Below are positions 16,091-35,981 of a DNA stretch of 64,000 nucleotides, piece by piece. Position 1 is the stretch's first letter; every line of letters begins with the position of its first letter. Below the pieces are notes generated by a model that was not told where the DNA came from, ran no database searches, and saw only the letters and a list, made by a program, of their open reading frames with translations. A program made the position numbers and the translations under genes. The stretch comes from Eledone cirrhosa (Eukaryota), in assembly GCA_964016885.1 (NCBI GenBank), contig OZ024740.1:146692001-146756000 (forward strand), written 5' to 3'.

Positions 16091-16481
<391 letters not shown>

Positions 16482-16695
16482 TATAGATATCTATATCTCT
16501 ATATATATATATCTCTCTCTCTATATATATCTATATATATATCTATATCTCTCTCTCTCTCTATATATATATCTATATATATATCTATATATATATATCT
16601 CTCTCTCTCTCTCTATATATATATATCTATCTATATATATATATCTCCCTCTCTATATATATATCTATCTATATATATCTATATATATCTCTATA

Positions 16696-16758
<63 letters not shown>

Positions 16759-16803
16759 ATATATATCTCTATATCTCTATATATCTCTATATCTATCTAT
16801 CTA

Positions 16804-16868
<65 letters not shown>

Positions 16869-16897
16869 CTCTATATCTCTCTCTATATATCTATCTA

Positions 16898-16938
<41 letters not shown>

Positions 16939-16955
16939 ATATCTCTCTATATATA

Positions 16956-17012
<57 letters not shown>

Positions 17013-17035
17013 CTATATCTATATATATATCTATA

Positions 17036-17107
<72 letters not shown>

Positions 17108-17109
17108 TA

Positions 17110-17814
17110 TTAGAAAGTGAGGTTTTTTTTACAAATTGAAAATTAAACGAGGTGTCCTACACGAGTGAAAGTATAAAGAAAAAGAGATGAAATCGAAAAT
17201 GCAACTGGAGTCTTATTTAAAAAAAATATATATGTATTTATTTGGTTCCTTTACCGGTTTCGCAGTTCTTCTGCTTTTCAAAAGGTGAGTTGACATGGAT
17301 GGTCTGTGGTTTTTCTCACATCTGGTTGGTCTCTGAATGTTACTTGTTTTATATGGAAAAAGTGGCTCGAAATGCCAGGTTTTTCGAGAAGTAATTTGAT
17401 TGGTTTGTAAATAATTATAGTAAATTTCGCGCCAGTTCGCGTTACAATAGTTCTTCCAATAAGGGGGGGGGGTTGTCACAGGTTGTTTTTTCATATATGA
17501 GTGTTTGAATTTCTTTTTACTTGAAAAAAGGGGCTCACGAAGGCTTTTTTTTGGTTGGTTATAAATGAAATTATGGCTGTCACGTGAACAAGTTTTCATT
17601 AAATTTTCGTGCCCTTATTTGGAAATCCATTCTGTAGCCTTTTTAGAGAATTTTATGATAAGTGAAAGATAATGGTCAAGAGAAAGGGATGGGAGAATTG
17701 TTCTGGTTCAGTGAATATGGTTAGTTCGCTGGGTGTCAGAATTCAGATTTTCTATTGAATAAAGAAAGTAAAGATATGTATGTTTATTTGTGTGCTTGTG
17801 TGTGTGTGTGCGTA

Positions 17815-17890
<76 letters not shown>

Positions 17891-18072
17891 AATTTCTTTA
17901 CTTAAACAAAAGGTGGCTCACGAAGGCTTTTTTTTTTTTTTTTTTTTAATAAACGTGATTTGATTGGTTATAAATGAAATTTGGCTGTCACGTGAACAAG
18001 TTTTCATTACATTTTCGCGCCCTTATTTGGAAATCTATTCTGTAGCCTTTATAGAGAATGTTATGACATATG
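17110..18072 (-). mobile_element. Neptune-like PLE family B, 3' UTR only
   Basis: Matches 28411-29500 and the reverse complement of 48880-49440; hammerhead at 17248-17285 (-). Confidence 0.85.
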
Positions 18073-18107
18073 AAGAGATATAGATATATATAGATATAGA
18101 TATATAT

Positions 18108-18174
<67 letters not shown>

Positions 18175-18200
18175 TATATATATATAGATATATATCTATA

Positions 18201-18404
<204 letters not shown>

Positions 18405-18516
18405 TATTGATTTTTAATGCGATGAAATACCAATGATGGTTGGAAAATCACTGACGAAGGACTATCTTTATCATATGTAACCCATGTGCAACCACACAGT
18501 ATTCTTCTTTCTTCTC

Positions 18517-18556
<40 letters not shown>

Positions 18557-18559
<3 letters not shown>

Positions 18560-20265
18560 GATATTAAACAAATGGAAACTATATTTATAAAACCATATTT
18601 ATTTCATTATACATATTTCAGGGATACCATATTAAAAATATGGCATGCCTTCTTCAGATAAAATACAATATATAAGCAGTTTTATAAATAAATTTGACGT
18701 ACCATAAAAATATTGATCAACTTCCATTTAAAAAAAGTTGGTTTGGTAGTGAGATGTTTGTAAATATTTAGTGTTAAGCACAGTTAGAAAGAAAAAAAGA
18801 CGGAGAGAAGGAATAAATGTATGTAAAGAAAAACAGAGAGAGATAGAGAGAGATATGGGAGAGAGAAATAGTGAGGAGGTGAAAAAATGAGAGGCAGTTG
18901 AGGCAACAGATGAATAATAATTCATCATACAAATTGAGAGATTTATGAGGGAGGGAGTACTGTAATTATTTATTTATTTATTTATTTATTTAGTTATAGT
19001 GTTAAGGAGACGGAGAGAGATAAAAAATAACTAAAGAAAAAACAGCGATACTTAAATTACATCATGTATAGAGGGAGGAGAAGAAAGCTATATCTAGAGA
19101 GAAGGATGACAGATTTACAACTTTACGTTATGTCCTATCATTTTGAATTATCAATTCATATGAATTGGGTATTATACTGTAAATATCAATATTCATGAAT
19201 GAGACATAGATATATAATGTGTGAAAAATAATGACCATATGTTTAGTTTAAAAATTCTTAGGTCGATAGATCAGAACCTGAGATAAAACTTCAAAAATAC
19301 ATAAGTATATATGTACTTTCCGGAAAAAGAAAGAAAGAGAAAAAGAGAAGGTCATCTCAAGTTCTAGTTGACACTATAGATATACACGTGAACATACGTG
19401 ATCAGCTCTGTAATTTCTCATTTCACATGAAAAAATTTTCCTTTGCGTTATAAAAGATTTTACTATATATATATATATATACATACATACACATAGATAA
19501 AAATATATATTAATATTAATATTCCTGCCCTCGCATACATGATTATCGTTCATGTATAGAATAGACAACAGATATCAATATATCAAAACGCTAAGAATAC
19601 TTTCATCACTCCCTAGGGTATCAAGGGCCTTAAAAAACACAGTATGCCCCCCCATATCAACCACAGAAATCAACCCTTCCAATTTATCTGACAATATATT
19701 GCCAAGTTCATTAGAAGCAATCAGAATCAAAAGCAAACAAAAAACCAAAATTATTCAACAAGACTTATTTAGCAGAAATCATTTAAAAGATTTAGGAGAC
19801 CCTGTTGTTCTACAGATGCTCTTATATTTAGTATAGAAGTTTATCTAGCATAAAATGTATTCAATATATTGGGAGCATCAACATTTTAGGGTAGTTTAAT
19901 TACATCATTAGTATATATTTATGAAGAAGGTTTAAAAAAAGAAAAAGTTGAAGGAATCGAAAGATTTATCGTCAGGTTTCATAATTAATTAAATAAATAT
20001 CTTAACTAAATATACTACATTTTAAATTTATATTTATATTTAAACGTTGAGTTCAATCTGTGTCTGCAGCAACTGAATAAATTGCTCCTTAGATTAAGGG
20101 AATTTTTAGATTTTAATATAAAGAATATCTCCTCCACGCAGAGGTCACATGTCTCAGATGAGGAATTAAAAGGAATCCCTCTTAAGACTATATTCCAAAA
20201 CAACGAATAACCAACGTTATCATGTTTAAGTTGCCAGAGTAAGCCTGATAGTGAAGTTGAAGATT
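18557..20265 (-). mobile_element. Hydra-like PLE family A relative, 3' fragment
   Basis: WNIV..GIPF..CDLC..CCRHR C-terminus (20015-20203) plus 3' UTR; hammerhead at 18601-18664 (-) with core CUGAAGA. Confidence 0.85.
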
Positions 20266-20321
<56 letters not shown>

Positions 20322-20714
20322 TATATATATATAAATATATATCTATATAAATATATATCTATATAAATATATATCTATATAAATATATATCTATATAAAT
20401 ATATATGTCTATATATATATCTATATATATATATATATACACATATGAAGAGTCCACGGTGAATGATGAAATTCAGAGTATGTACAATTAAATGGTACAG
20501 TCCCAACGGGGAGTTCGTTGGTTTCCAAAAACGAAGGAGCTCTCTGTTAGGACTCTGCCTTTTAACTGATCTTGTGACCTCACGCCGGAGAAGATGAAAT
20601 ACGGCCTGAGATGTAAAATGCCTTAAATAGAGAAGGTATTCTGTAGCTGACTCTTGTGTGCCGGGTGACTTGCATCTCACAAAGGGAGACAGACGTGATT
20701 GTTCTAATCTCATT

Positions 20715-21981
20715 GTTAAGCCTACCCGGTAAAGTCTATGCCAAGAGATGCCAAGAGATGCAGAGAGATAGTTGAGTCCAAGCTAGCTGATGAACAGTGC
20801 AGTTTTTACCCTGGACACAGCACAACCGACCAAATATTCACTCTGCAGCAGGTATTCGAGGAATAGTGGGAGTATTGCCAAGAGTTGTTTTCTTGTTTTG
20901 TAGACCTTGAAAAGGCATATGACCTGCTGTGGAAGGTTGTGCAGAAGTATAGGATCGATGATCAACTTCTTGTTGCCCTGGTGTCTCTATACCAATGGCC
21001 GAGTATTTGTGATAAAATAAATCGTGCTTAATCAAAACCATTCATTGTGGGAGTCAGACTAGGCCAAGGGTGCACACTCTCACCTCTCCTGTTCATTATT
21101 TTTATGAACAGGATTAACATGCGCAGCCGGCTTGGTAGTGGTATCACGACTGGCGTGTGTAAAATCAGTCGACTGGAATTTGCAGACGACATGGAGTTAC
21201 TTAACTTGACAGAAAGTGATTTCCGACTTTCACTTGATAGGTTTGATGCTGAGTGCTGCATAGCAGGAATGAAAATCAGAGATGCAAAAACTGAGACACT
21301 TGTCTTTTCAAGGAAGCCTGCGCAGTTCACTCTACATGTGAATGGAGTTCTACTGAAGCAGCTGGAGAAGTTCAAGTATCTCGGGGCCGTGTTCACGAGT
21401 GATGGAAGTCAAGAGGCTGAATTAAATACAAGAATTACAGGAGCTGGTGCAGTAATGTACCAGCTTCAGCATTCGGTAACCAGAAGAAGGGAAGTAGGTG
21501 TAAAAGCCAAACTCGCTATCTTTAATTAGGTATTCGTGCCAACCCTTACCTATGGTCATGAATCTTGGATAATGACCGAAAGAATGCGATCACGAATACA
21601 AGCGGCTGAAATGGTGTTCCTTGAAGGGTCTTTGGAATAACGTGACTCGATAGACTGCGTAGCTCGGAGATCAGAGAGTCACAGCAGGTAGAGATGCTAC
21701 TTCTCTGAATTGAGAGATCACAGGTCTGATACTGCGGGCATGAGGTTAGAATGTCTCAGGAAAGAATTGCTGAACAGATTTTACGGGAAAAACCAACAAG
21801 TAGGAGATCCAGGGTAGACCCTGAGCAAGATATTGGATAACATCCATGAGCTTGGCTAGTTTCGCTTGGGGATCTAGCCGAATCAGTTAGAGACGATTGC
21901 TTCTGACAGAACCCGCTGGAAGGTGTGTTTGAGGACTCCGTCCCCACGAACCTCTCAGGAATAAGTGGGTGAAGAAGAAGA
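20715..21981 (+). mobile_element. Decayed RTE-clade LINE (RT and 3' end)
   Basis: Motifs FVDLEKAYD, VGVRLGQGCTLSPLLFIIFM, LEFADD, FKYLG, PTLTYGHESW. Multiple stops and frameshifts; (GAA)n tail. Confidence 0.85.
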
Positions 21982-22773
21982 TATTATAAAGATGTTTACA
22001 TTATGTTACGTTTTGTTCAATGACATTTTGATTGAAAGATATAAGTCTTCTTATATATCCCAGTCAGCTCTCGCAAATCTTGCTGGCATACAAGAGAGTT
22101 GACATGATGCATGCTTGATACATTTTGTAGATTAATATCGTATGTTGATGCTTTTCCTGATTGCATCAATGGCTTCTGCGACCCTTATATCTCTAGATGT
22201 GAGATTGTGTCTATTTTTTTGTGTTGCCCTTCTGAATGTTTATCTTCTTCATTTAATCACACTCATATAGTCCCATGTAATAATATAAAACCATGTTCAT
22301 ATATGCAGACCGTCGCATGCACAACCATGCATATATGTGCTCGAGTCAAGAGAGAATGAAGGAAGAGACGGAGAAAGAGAATGTAGAAGAATGGCAACAT
22401 AAACTGAGACGTATTAATTTTCTATTATTTATCAGGCTATAATGATCTTCTTGCAGACAGTAATCGTTCGTGACTGCTCCCACGTGGCATAAATTCCGTC
22501 CATTCTTTATAGCACACAGAAAGTTCTCATTTAACTATTTGTGGGCGATTCTTAACAAACTCAGACCAATTCCTTCTTTGAAAGTCAACCCAACTTTTAA
22601 GTTTAATGCGTGTGTAGTATGTGTAAATGTGTATTTATGTAAGTGTATGAATATATATATATATATACGCAAACATACATATATATACGCATACACATAT
22701 ATATATGTGTGTATTGTCGTGTGCCAATGTGCATGTTTTGTGGAGAGTACGTACGTATGTATGTATGTTTGTA

Positions 22774-22897
<124 letters not shown>

Positions 22898-24324
22898 CAC
22901 TCATATACACTAAATATGATTTATTCATTTCAGATTTTAGTTTGTATTGTTATCTATAACATTGATTTACTTTGTTCTTTGATCAAATGGAAATGGCTTT
23001 TGATTTCAATTTTTTTTCCTATGAGAAAATAACGATGTGTCAATTTATATATAAATATATATATAATATAAAAAAATATATATCTGTTCTCTTCTTTGGG
23101 AAAAGAAGATAACAATGTGGTGTGAATGAGCGGAAGAGAGAGAGAGTGATAGAGAGAGGGAGTGTGTGTGTGGGGGGATGTAATCACAGAAAGCTAGACA
23201 AGGCAGATAAAAAAAAGTGTGGAAACAAACAAACAAAAACAACAACAAAAATAAACAAAACAAAAGCAAAGAAAAAATGCGAAGAAGCTTTACAGTGATA
23301 TGTTAAATTTAAAGCAAACACACGCTCTACTTTTCACATGCATGTGTATATATGATAATTGTTATGTATGAATTCCTGTTTTTACATGTATGAACAAATT
23401 TGTCATTTTTTTACGTCTCACAAAGAATACTTTACCTCAGTTAACCAACGTCTTTGTGTGTGTGTGTGTGTGGGGGGGGGGGGGTATGCATAGATTTATT
23501 GAGTCCTTATTTATTGAGTTAATTATTTATCGAGTTAGTGAGTTAAGTAAATTTTGAGTTCAAAATATTGAGTTCAGTAATTTTTGAGTCATTGACCCCC
23601 AGTTTGACATGAATCTATTTCGAAATTTGAATCAATAAGATTTGAAGTTAATTTCTCTCTCTCTTTCTCTTTCTTTTTTTCTCTCTCTCTCCCTCTCTCA
23701 CCTCTTATCTTTTTCTTCACATGCATCATACAGAAAATAGGTGCCATCATGTAGCCTAGTCCAGACTCGATTTGATAACTTTCTTTTGTGGCAATTCCAC
23801 CGTTTATTTAATGAACTTCATAAGCTTATATGCAGAATAATGAGCAGTTGGCGATCGGAGTCTTAATATTTTCTCTTCAAATGCAATGAAAAGAAATGAA
23901 AGCTCTCGAAGTATTGAATCATTTACTTTGGGTTTGTTTCATTGGAACTTTCTGGCAAGTAGAACAGTGGTTCAGTGAATAAGCGCCTTCGACATTAAGA
24001 CTTATAACAAATGTTTGTGAGTTGAATCGCTCTTGAAGTAATTGTCCAATATGATACCTGAGATTACAGTTATTGGGAAAAAAAACAGTTGAGAATATTA
24101 ATTTAATAGCTCAATAAATTATTAACCTTAGTATAAGGTAAAAGCAAAATAAATAATACAAACAACTGCGAGTTAGACTGGATGTTTTACGTTATTTCCC
24201 GTTCCTTTTCCGATGGAGTAAATATAAATATTAGTAATATATTCCAAGGACTAATTTGAGCATCAAAATTGTTATATATTTTCATGAGTAAAAAATATAG
24301 TTATCTGAAAAAAATGTATATATA

Positions 24325-24480
24325 GTATTCTCTTCACTTCGCGAGGATGCACCTCTCTGAAGAGAGAACGCGAGACACGTTCCTGATACAAGGTGTGGAA
24401 AGGGTCTTCATATTACAAAGTCGGTGGATGGTCTACCAGAATACTTTATTTGCTGATCTGAAGGTCCTCCCATGTCTTAA
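24325..24480 (-). mobile_element. Short decayed RTE-like LINE fragment
   Basis: Minus-strand translation FRSANKVFW*TIHRL...ILAK*REY resembles the RTE endonuclease-RT linker. Confidence 0.4.
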
Positions 24481-26384
24481 CTTATACTGTGGTTTCGTTC
24501 CAGTAAAGAAATAGATATTAATTAAAATAATTAATTAATAAATTAAGACACCGAAAACTCACCAGTGAGAAATGTCTTAAAACATGCCTTAAGGCTTTTA
24601 CAGGAACATGCAAGTGAAATACCTTGTGTTGTTACATGTCTAGACAACAAAAACCATCTCCCAGCAAAAAGATGCACTAATATTATATACAAAATTCCAT
24701 GTACTTTTAGCTTTAAAACAGTAGGTCTGACGTCAAAAGCCAGAGGTTAAAAAGGAAGCGAGAAATAGACCCATAAAAAATATCTAAATAAAAAGAACTC
24801 TACCTAGATTAATTTAAATTAATAAAAGGGAGTAGCAATAATATAAGAATAGATTAAAATAAAACTATTTCAGTCATATTACACCTTAAATATCTCAAAT
24901 ACTATATAGGCTAAAAACTATAAATGTAGAGCTTCATTTTTCCAAAATTATATTTAAATGTATAAATTTACAGTATGTTAAAAGAAAGCTTTGCAAGTAA
25001 AAAATACATTTAAAACTAAAAAATAAAATTTCACCTACAAATTCGTGCTTATACCGCGGTTTCATTCCGACAAAGAAATAAATATTTATTAGATAATTAA
25101 TTAATAAATATACATATATATATAGAGAGAGATGTAAAACATCTTGAACGCAGGAAAGAAAGTAGCTGTGAACACAGCTTAGACAATCAGGTAAAATACA
25201 CATAGAAAATGGCCAGCAGCTGCCACTTTTTCCGCCTACAGTGGTATTTTACCCGATTTTCAAAGCGCAGTGTGCGCAACTATTTTCCTGTGTTAGAGGG
25301 ATATAGTGTATGTATGTGTGTGCATGTTTTGCAAAATAAAATAGTGTCTATATATATATACATGTATATATATATATACACATTCACACATACGCACCCC
25401 CCCCACACCACACCCCCACACACACTCTCTCTCTCTCTTTCTCACACATATATATATATATATATGTATCGATACGTTTTATAAGAAGGAATCAATTAAT
25501 TTTTGCGCTGCCAAGTATAAAGAGCTATTGAAAATCATAGTTTTAATTATTGATCAATGTTCTATTTTCTCGTGTCGATACTGTCGGTGAATACAAAGAA
25601 AAGCCGATATAATTGTACAACACATAAACGTACTTTAACTTCATTAGATTAATGGACGTAGAAAGCAAAATCTAGCATTGTCCAGTTTAATAAAACTATG
25701 TCATTGTTTTTATCGGTCAACCCTGATCGAGCAGATTTCGCCACTCGCTTTTTTTAACAATTTGTAAGCCTACATTAACGTATCACTTACTTTTTTTTAA
25801 ATGGTGAGGTGTGATTTGAAGGAAATATTGCTGCTATTTTTAGCTGATCGATCTGCCATGAAAAGGTTTTCTCGTCGGCTCGAATCTATGTGGTCAATAT
25901 ATATAAACAGTGGACTATTTCTGTACAAATGGTGCAATATGTCTGACCCAACAGTGGACTAGTTTTATATAAGCGATGGACTATTTCTGTACAAACGATG
26001 CACTATTTACATATAAACGGTGAACTATTTGCTAATGAAGCGATGAAATATTTTCTTATGAATGGTGGACTATTTTCAAATAAACGGCGTACCATTTCGG
26101 TCCGAAATGGAATATTTTCATGTATTTTACGTGTGTTCATCCCTGGGGCAGATGTTTAACGAAGAGTATTATAGGAAATTATTAAATGGTTATATGTGGT
26201 TATTTAGATATGATTATAACAAGTATAATAATAAGTATAAATGTAATAATGAGAATATAAGGAATAAAGGATTTGGTTATATATGGTTTACTTCACGTGA
26301 ATCAATTAAAAAGTACATAAAAACAGTTACCAAGAGTTGTTAAGGTTGACAATGCTTTTGATGTGAAAACAGCGAGCAAACAGA

Positions 26385-26690
26385 TAATGTTGTTGTTGTT
26401 ATTTGGAGTCCATGGTAGTAATTCTGAGACCGTAGTGAGTAAGAGAGAGTTATGGTATGTATACCTCTGAATGGTTTGTAATTGGTTGTAGACCACTGTG
26501 GCTTGTACATGGTCTGTAGTAGTAGGGCTCAAATCTCTCTGTGTGTATCTGTAGGCCTCACGGGTCTGTTGATAGTGGTGAATCCTTAAATAGCTTGTTA
26601 TAGGTGTAATGCTCCGATGTATCTCTCTGATGTAGGATGTTACAGGCTCTATATATAGCTGTCGCTTCCTGTCTCCCACCTTGAGAGGAT
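26385..26690 (-). mobile_element. Possible old LINE 3' end with (CAA)n tail
   Basis: Higher-GC island ending in AACAACAACAAC on the - strand; no clear protein motif. Confidence 0.2.
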
Positions 26691-27502
26691 AGTCAACACA
26701 TCAACCAAAAGGGTGTTGACCTAGAATTTGACCTTTAGGTGTCACTCAAGGTTCAAGGCGCGGACAGATTTCGCTACAGATGAAATTAGAGGGTCAAAAC
26801 AGTATATTTTTCATAAGCTGAAACAGACGAAAAGCGCCCCAGTTCTTGGATAGGATACTATCAGAGCTCTAATACTACTTGATCTTAAAACTATGATCGA
26901 TCAGTTGTTAACTCGTAAATATTTGCTTCTACGTTAGCGGAGGAAAAGGGCAGCACACAGACTATTTTAGGGCAATCAAAACTAGTAAGAAGAAAAAAGG
27001 AAAATATCCCCAGACTTGGTCCAAATGCTTGTAACTGTGTGTACTCTGCTAAAAGTACACAGTAGTATTAAATTGGGTTATGTATTAAGTCTACTATCTA
27101 AGAACGAGAACAGTCTCACCGATAGGCTTCCCTTAATTAAATTCCACATTCAAGGCTTTGATCGCCTCGAGACTTGACTAAGGTTCTATGCAGTGAGATT
27201 GAACCAGAAACCACATAATTACGAAGCGAACTTCATAACTGAGAAGGGAAAAATTCACGTTGTATCACTCCCTACATAGAAATTCTACATAAATACTCGA
27301 ATAATTGTTGTTTAACCCCAGATAGTCACCATATTTGGGGTTGTTTAACCCACAAACAGTCCATACTTATGTCATTGAATGTATGTATGGGTTCTTAACT
27401 CCTGTTGGAGTCGTAAGAGCACCATAGTGACATACAGTATGTTGAGTATTTTAAATTTGGTGGAACCTATCCCCTCTCCATGTCTGAACACAGCAGATAT
27501 CT

Positions 27503-27547
<45 letters not shown>

Positions 27548-27569
27548 GGGAGGGGGGGGGGGGGAGGAG

Positions 27570-27725
27570 AATCGACCCAGTATTGGACTAGTACTTTCCT
27601 TTATCCACCTCGAAAGGATGAAAGGCAAAGTTGAACTCAATAGGATTTGAACTCAGATCGTGAGAACCGGAACGGATACCAGAAAAACATTCTATCCGAT
27701 GGTCTATCGACTCTGACAATTCACC
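27570..27725 (-). mobile_element. Decayed tRNA-derived SINE, same family as 28972-29157
   Basis: Shares GAAAGGATGAAAGGCAAAGTT..GGATTTGAACTCAGATC (the latter is the B box on the - strand). Confidence 0.7.
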
Positions 27726-28301
27726 ACATAGAATGTATATTAGCTGGAACAAAACTATTGAAATAGTTAATAAATAACACTCGTGGTTATTTCCCTAGGC
27801 TTCACTGAATTGCTTAACATAACTATTTGATTCTACTTAGCACAGTTCTCATTTCCAATATAACTATAGATAACAAATATAAGACGTTAACTCGACGGTT
27901 TCTGACTGTGCTGTGCAGATATGAAGATCATTTGAAAGCAGGTGTGAAAATCGCTGAAAAATAGAACAAGTGTTACACTAATTATTGGGATGGTAATTAC
28001 TAGATAATTCATTCATTTCTTATTTTTCCCTCGCTATTTTACTTATTGCTTTCGTTTGTTTAGACTCACTCACATTCATGTATAGACTTACAATCACACA
28101 CACACACACACACACGCGCACACGCACACGCACACACACACACACACACATATATACATACATACATATATACATATATACATATATATATACATATATA
28201 TATACATATATACATATATATATACATATACATATATATATACATATACATATATAAACATATGTATATACATATATATTAATATATACATATATATATA
28301 T

Positions 28302-30753
<2,452 letters not shown>

Positions 30754-30754
30754 A

Positions 30755-32349
<1,595 letters not shown>

Positions 32350-32393
32350 TACGATATTAAACAAATGGAAACTATATTTATAAAACCATATTT

Positions 32394-32457
32394 ATTTCGT
32401 TATATATATTTCTGGGATATCATATTAAAAATATGGTACGCCTTCCTCAGACAAAAT
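32394..32457 (-). ncRNA. Type I hammerhead ribozyme, family A left arm
   Basis: Mirror copy of 39238-39301. Confidence 0.72.
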
Positions 32458-33663
32458 ACAATACATAAGCTGTTTTATAAATAATTAGTGACATACCTTG
32501 TAATAATGCAACTTCCTTTTAAAAAGTTGATTTGGTAGTGAAACTGTTATGATAGTTATATAGAAAGAAAAACGAAGATGAGAAGAAGAAGATGAAGAGA
32601 TGTATGTAAATAAAAAAAACGAAGAAGATGAAGAGATGTATGTAAAGAAAAACAAGGGAGCGAGATAGAGAGACAAGGAGAGAGAGAAATACATTGATGG
32701 TGAAAAACATAGTAGGCTGCTTTTTGACAGATGATCATCGTATATGTGAGAGGTTAAGGGAAGGGATACAGTTAAATTAGTGTATAGGAGAAAAAGAAAG
32801 AAAGATGATATATTTAAAATATATTAAAAATATATTATGTCTCATCCATTTGAATTATCAATTTTTATGAATTAGGTATTATAATGTAAATATCAGTATT
32901 CATGAATGAGACACATATCCATAATGTGTGAAAAAATGACCACATGCTCAGTTTAAAAATTCTTAGGTCTATAAGCAAAATCTGAGATAAAACTTCAAAC
33001 GTATATATGCATTCTCGTGAAAAAAGAGAAAAGAGAAGGTTATCTCAAATTCAAGTTGATAAATATAGACGCACATGTGAACCTACGTGATACGCTGCAC
33101 TGATTCTTATATTTCATGAAAAACTTCAATGCGTTAGAAAAGATTCCACCCTACATACATTTACATACATATATACATATATATAGACACAAAACATATA
33201 AGATATACATTAACATTTAAAATAACATTCCAGCCTCACTTGCATGATCATCGATCAAGCATAGAGTAGACAACAGATATCAATATTAAAATTAAAAACG
33301 CCAAGAATATCTTCGTAACTCCACAGAGTATCTAGGGACGCAAGAGAACATAGTATGCCACGCATATCGGTCATAGAATCAGAGCCAAAAGCAAACAAAA
33401 CCAAAATTGTTCACCAAGCCTTATTTAGCAGAAATCATTCAAAACTTATTCTACAAATGCTCTTATATTTATTATAGAAGTTTATCCAGCTTAAAAATTT
33501 ATTCAAAAGATTGGGAACAACGCCAATTATAGGGTAGTTTATTTAATCTCATTAATTATATATTCATGCAGAAAGGTTTTAAAAAAAATTGAAGGAATCG
33601 AAAGATTTATCGCCAAGTATCATAAATAGTCAAATACCTTAAGTAAATATACTACATTTTATA

Positions 33664-35885
33664 CTACATTTTAAATTTATATTTATATTTAAATGTTGAG
33701 TTCAATCTATGTCTGCAACAGCTGAATAAATTGGTTCGTAAATTAAGGGAATTTTTAGATTTTAATATAAAGAATATCTCCTCCGCGCAGAGGTCACAAA
33801 TCTCAGAAGAGGAATTAAAAGGAATCCCTTTTGAGACTATATTCCAAACCATCGAATATCCAACTTTATCATGCTTAAGTTGCCAGAGTAACCCTGACAG
33901 CGATATTGAGGATTTTTTATTTGGATCCGTGAAAGAATTTTTGTGATTATTATAGCGAAGTTTAAATTCTGTCGAGGTGGAACCAACATAATTAAAAGAA
34001 TTTAAATCAGTTCTAACATTACAGTTGTATATTATATTTTTAACTAAGCAATTGTTATTTAGCGGACATTTAGATCTATCTCTACAGTTACAGTTTTTTA
34101 GTTGAATATTGTTTAGGCTATTTTCGGTATTTTGGCTAGGTTTTAGATTCCTATTATTTATTCTATTAATATTTTGTGCTAAATTTTTGGTGGACGAGTA
34201 CGTTAATTTTATAGTATGTCTATTAAAAATTGAGTGATACTTATGTGTTCTAGGGAAGCGTTTGTCAAGAGCATTAAAAAATAGTTTAGCGATGTGGGTT
34301 TTAATGTTTAGTGAGAAAGGGGGGCAAACCATATTATATTTCTAGTTCTATTTCTTTTCTGGTTTTTGAAATTATTGTAGTGCTTTCTATTATAGTTGTT
34401 AAAGTTGTTACTGTAATTAAAATTGTTGTTATTTTGGTTAGTTTGTCTATTATCGATGTACATAATTTTATCACTATATCCTGCTCTAGCTAAAGCTTCA
34501 TTATAATACTGGGCTTTTTCGTCAAAAATATTTTTATTGGAAGAGATTCTAGAGATACGTTTTTGAACAGAGTTCACTATAGTATTTTTGACAGATCTGG
34601 GGTGATTGAAGCTAAAATTGACATAATTCAAGTTTTCATTTAACTTGTGAAATGGATAGTGAAGACATGTGTTGAGATTAAATGTTGCGTCTAGGAAATT
34701 GACTATTCTATGGTTATTCTCAATTTCTATTTTTAGATTAAGGTAATTAAAAAATTGTATAATTTGTTTTCTTTTCTTATTTAGTTCAGAGTTATTTTCA
34801 ATAAGTAAAAGCATGTCATCTCTATATAAACCTCCGGTAACACCAGGTATTTTTCTATGCAGCGAATTAATTATAAATAGGCCCACAAGGTCCGTTACCT
34901 GAGCTGAGTCTGATGATCCCATAGTAATGTCAAAATTATTATCTCTATCTGCCCTAGTCCATAGTTGGTTATTAAATTCTATCAAAGTTTTCCTTGCCGA
35001 TAATATAATGTGCATTTCATTGCTAGTTAGGTCTGTATGCTTGAATGCGTAATTTAGTGCCTTATTAAGTAGATTAGGGGTAATGGATGAATAGTAGTTA
35101 GCAATATCTAGTTGAATAAATTTATTATTATTGTTATATTTAATTTCATTAAACCACTCAATGACCTCCCCAGTTCCCTTCCACAAGGTCAAGCCAGGTA
35201 AACAATTCAAGTCCTTAATTTGCTGTATCACTCTGTCTAGAATGTTCTTGCTAAGTTTACCCAGGTCAGATTTTGATGGTGCAATCAACCTGACTGGCAA
35301 GTCATCCTCAAAATTTCTCTTGTGATCTTTCATATTGATCTTGGGTTTCCTAGGCACGAAAGGTTGTGTTTTGTTTTCAATTTCCAACTCATGCATTATA
35401 CATGATGCCTCAACATTCATTTTCTCAAGTTCAGCCTTATCTGCTACCTTGTACTTTTTCCTTAGTTCTTTCAGTATGAGGCCATTATACATGTCTTTTT
35501 CCACTCCATAGAGGTTGTTGGTTTTGTCCGATTTCACCAAGATCTTCTCTGTTCTCTCTAAGCTCGCAATGTTATCCTTAATGCTTTTCAGATATTCCTG
35601 GCCATTGAAGTTTCTCTTGAATCTGACTCCTTGTATGATAGAAATTATATCGTTTTCAAAATCATTCAAAAGTTTGTTGGGGGGTGGATTTTTTTTAGAT
35701 TTGAAGACTCTGTCTAGGTCTGAGGCATTTTCGTTTACGTTAGATTTAGATTTATCAAAGTGGAATGCACGCCACCTGATTCTCCTTATAAAGGAGTCTG
35801 ATTTATCTATTAGTTGTTTAATAAAGTCCTTGTTTCTAGGTAGAGATATGTCTTTTAGAAAAGAAGAGATCTTAAAGAATTCCAT
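33664..35885 (-). pseudogene. Full-length PLE RT + GIY-YIG ORF with one frameshift near 34325
   Basis: FIRRIRWRAF, VKSDKTNN, QLDIANYYSSI, ITMGSSDSAQ, GGLYRDD, VNFLD; then CNCR..CPL..CL, NIIY..YVGST..FKLRY..H, CDLC, CCRH. Confidence 0.9.
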
Positions 35886-35981
35886 TTTTTCAGTTATAAT
35901 ATAAAGCGCTCAACGGTATTGGAGCAAAATATATGCAAAAGTTTTATTTAAGATTGTTGGGTTACAAGAGTACAGAGTTAC

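Noticed and set aside
18445-18480. CTGACGA as a hammerhead core
   Set aside because: No downstream GAAA, stem III or stem I partner found.
20445-20713. 112-aa minus-strand ORF
   Set aside because: No recognisable motif and it runs into microsatellite; left unassigned.
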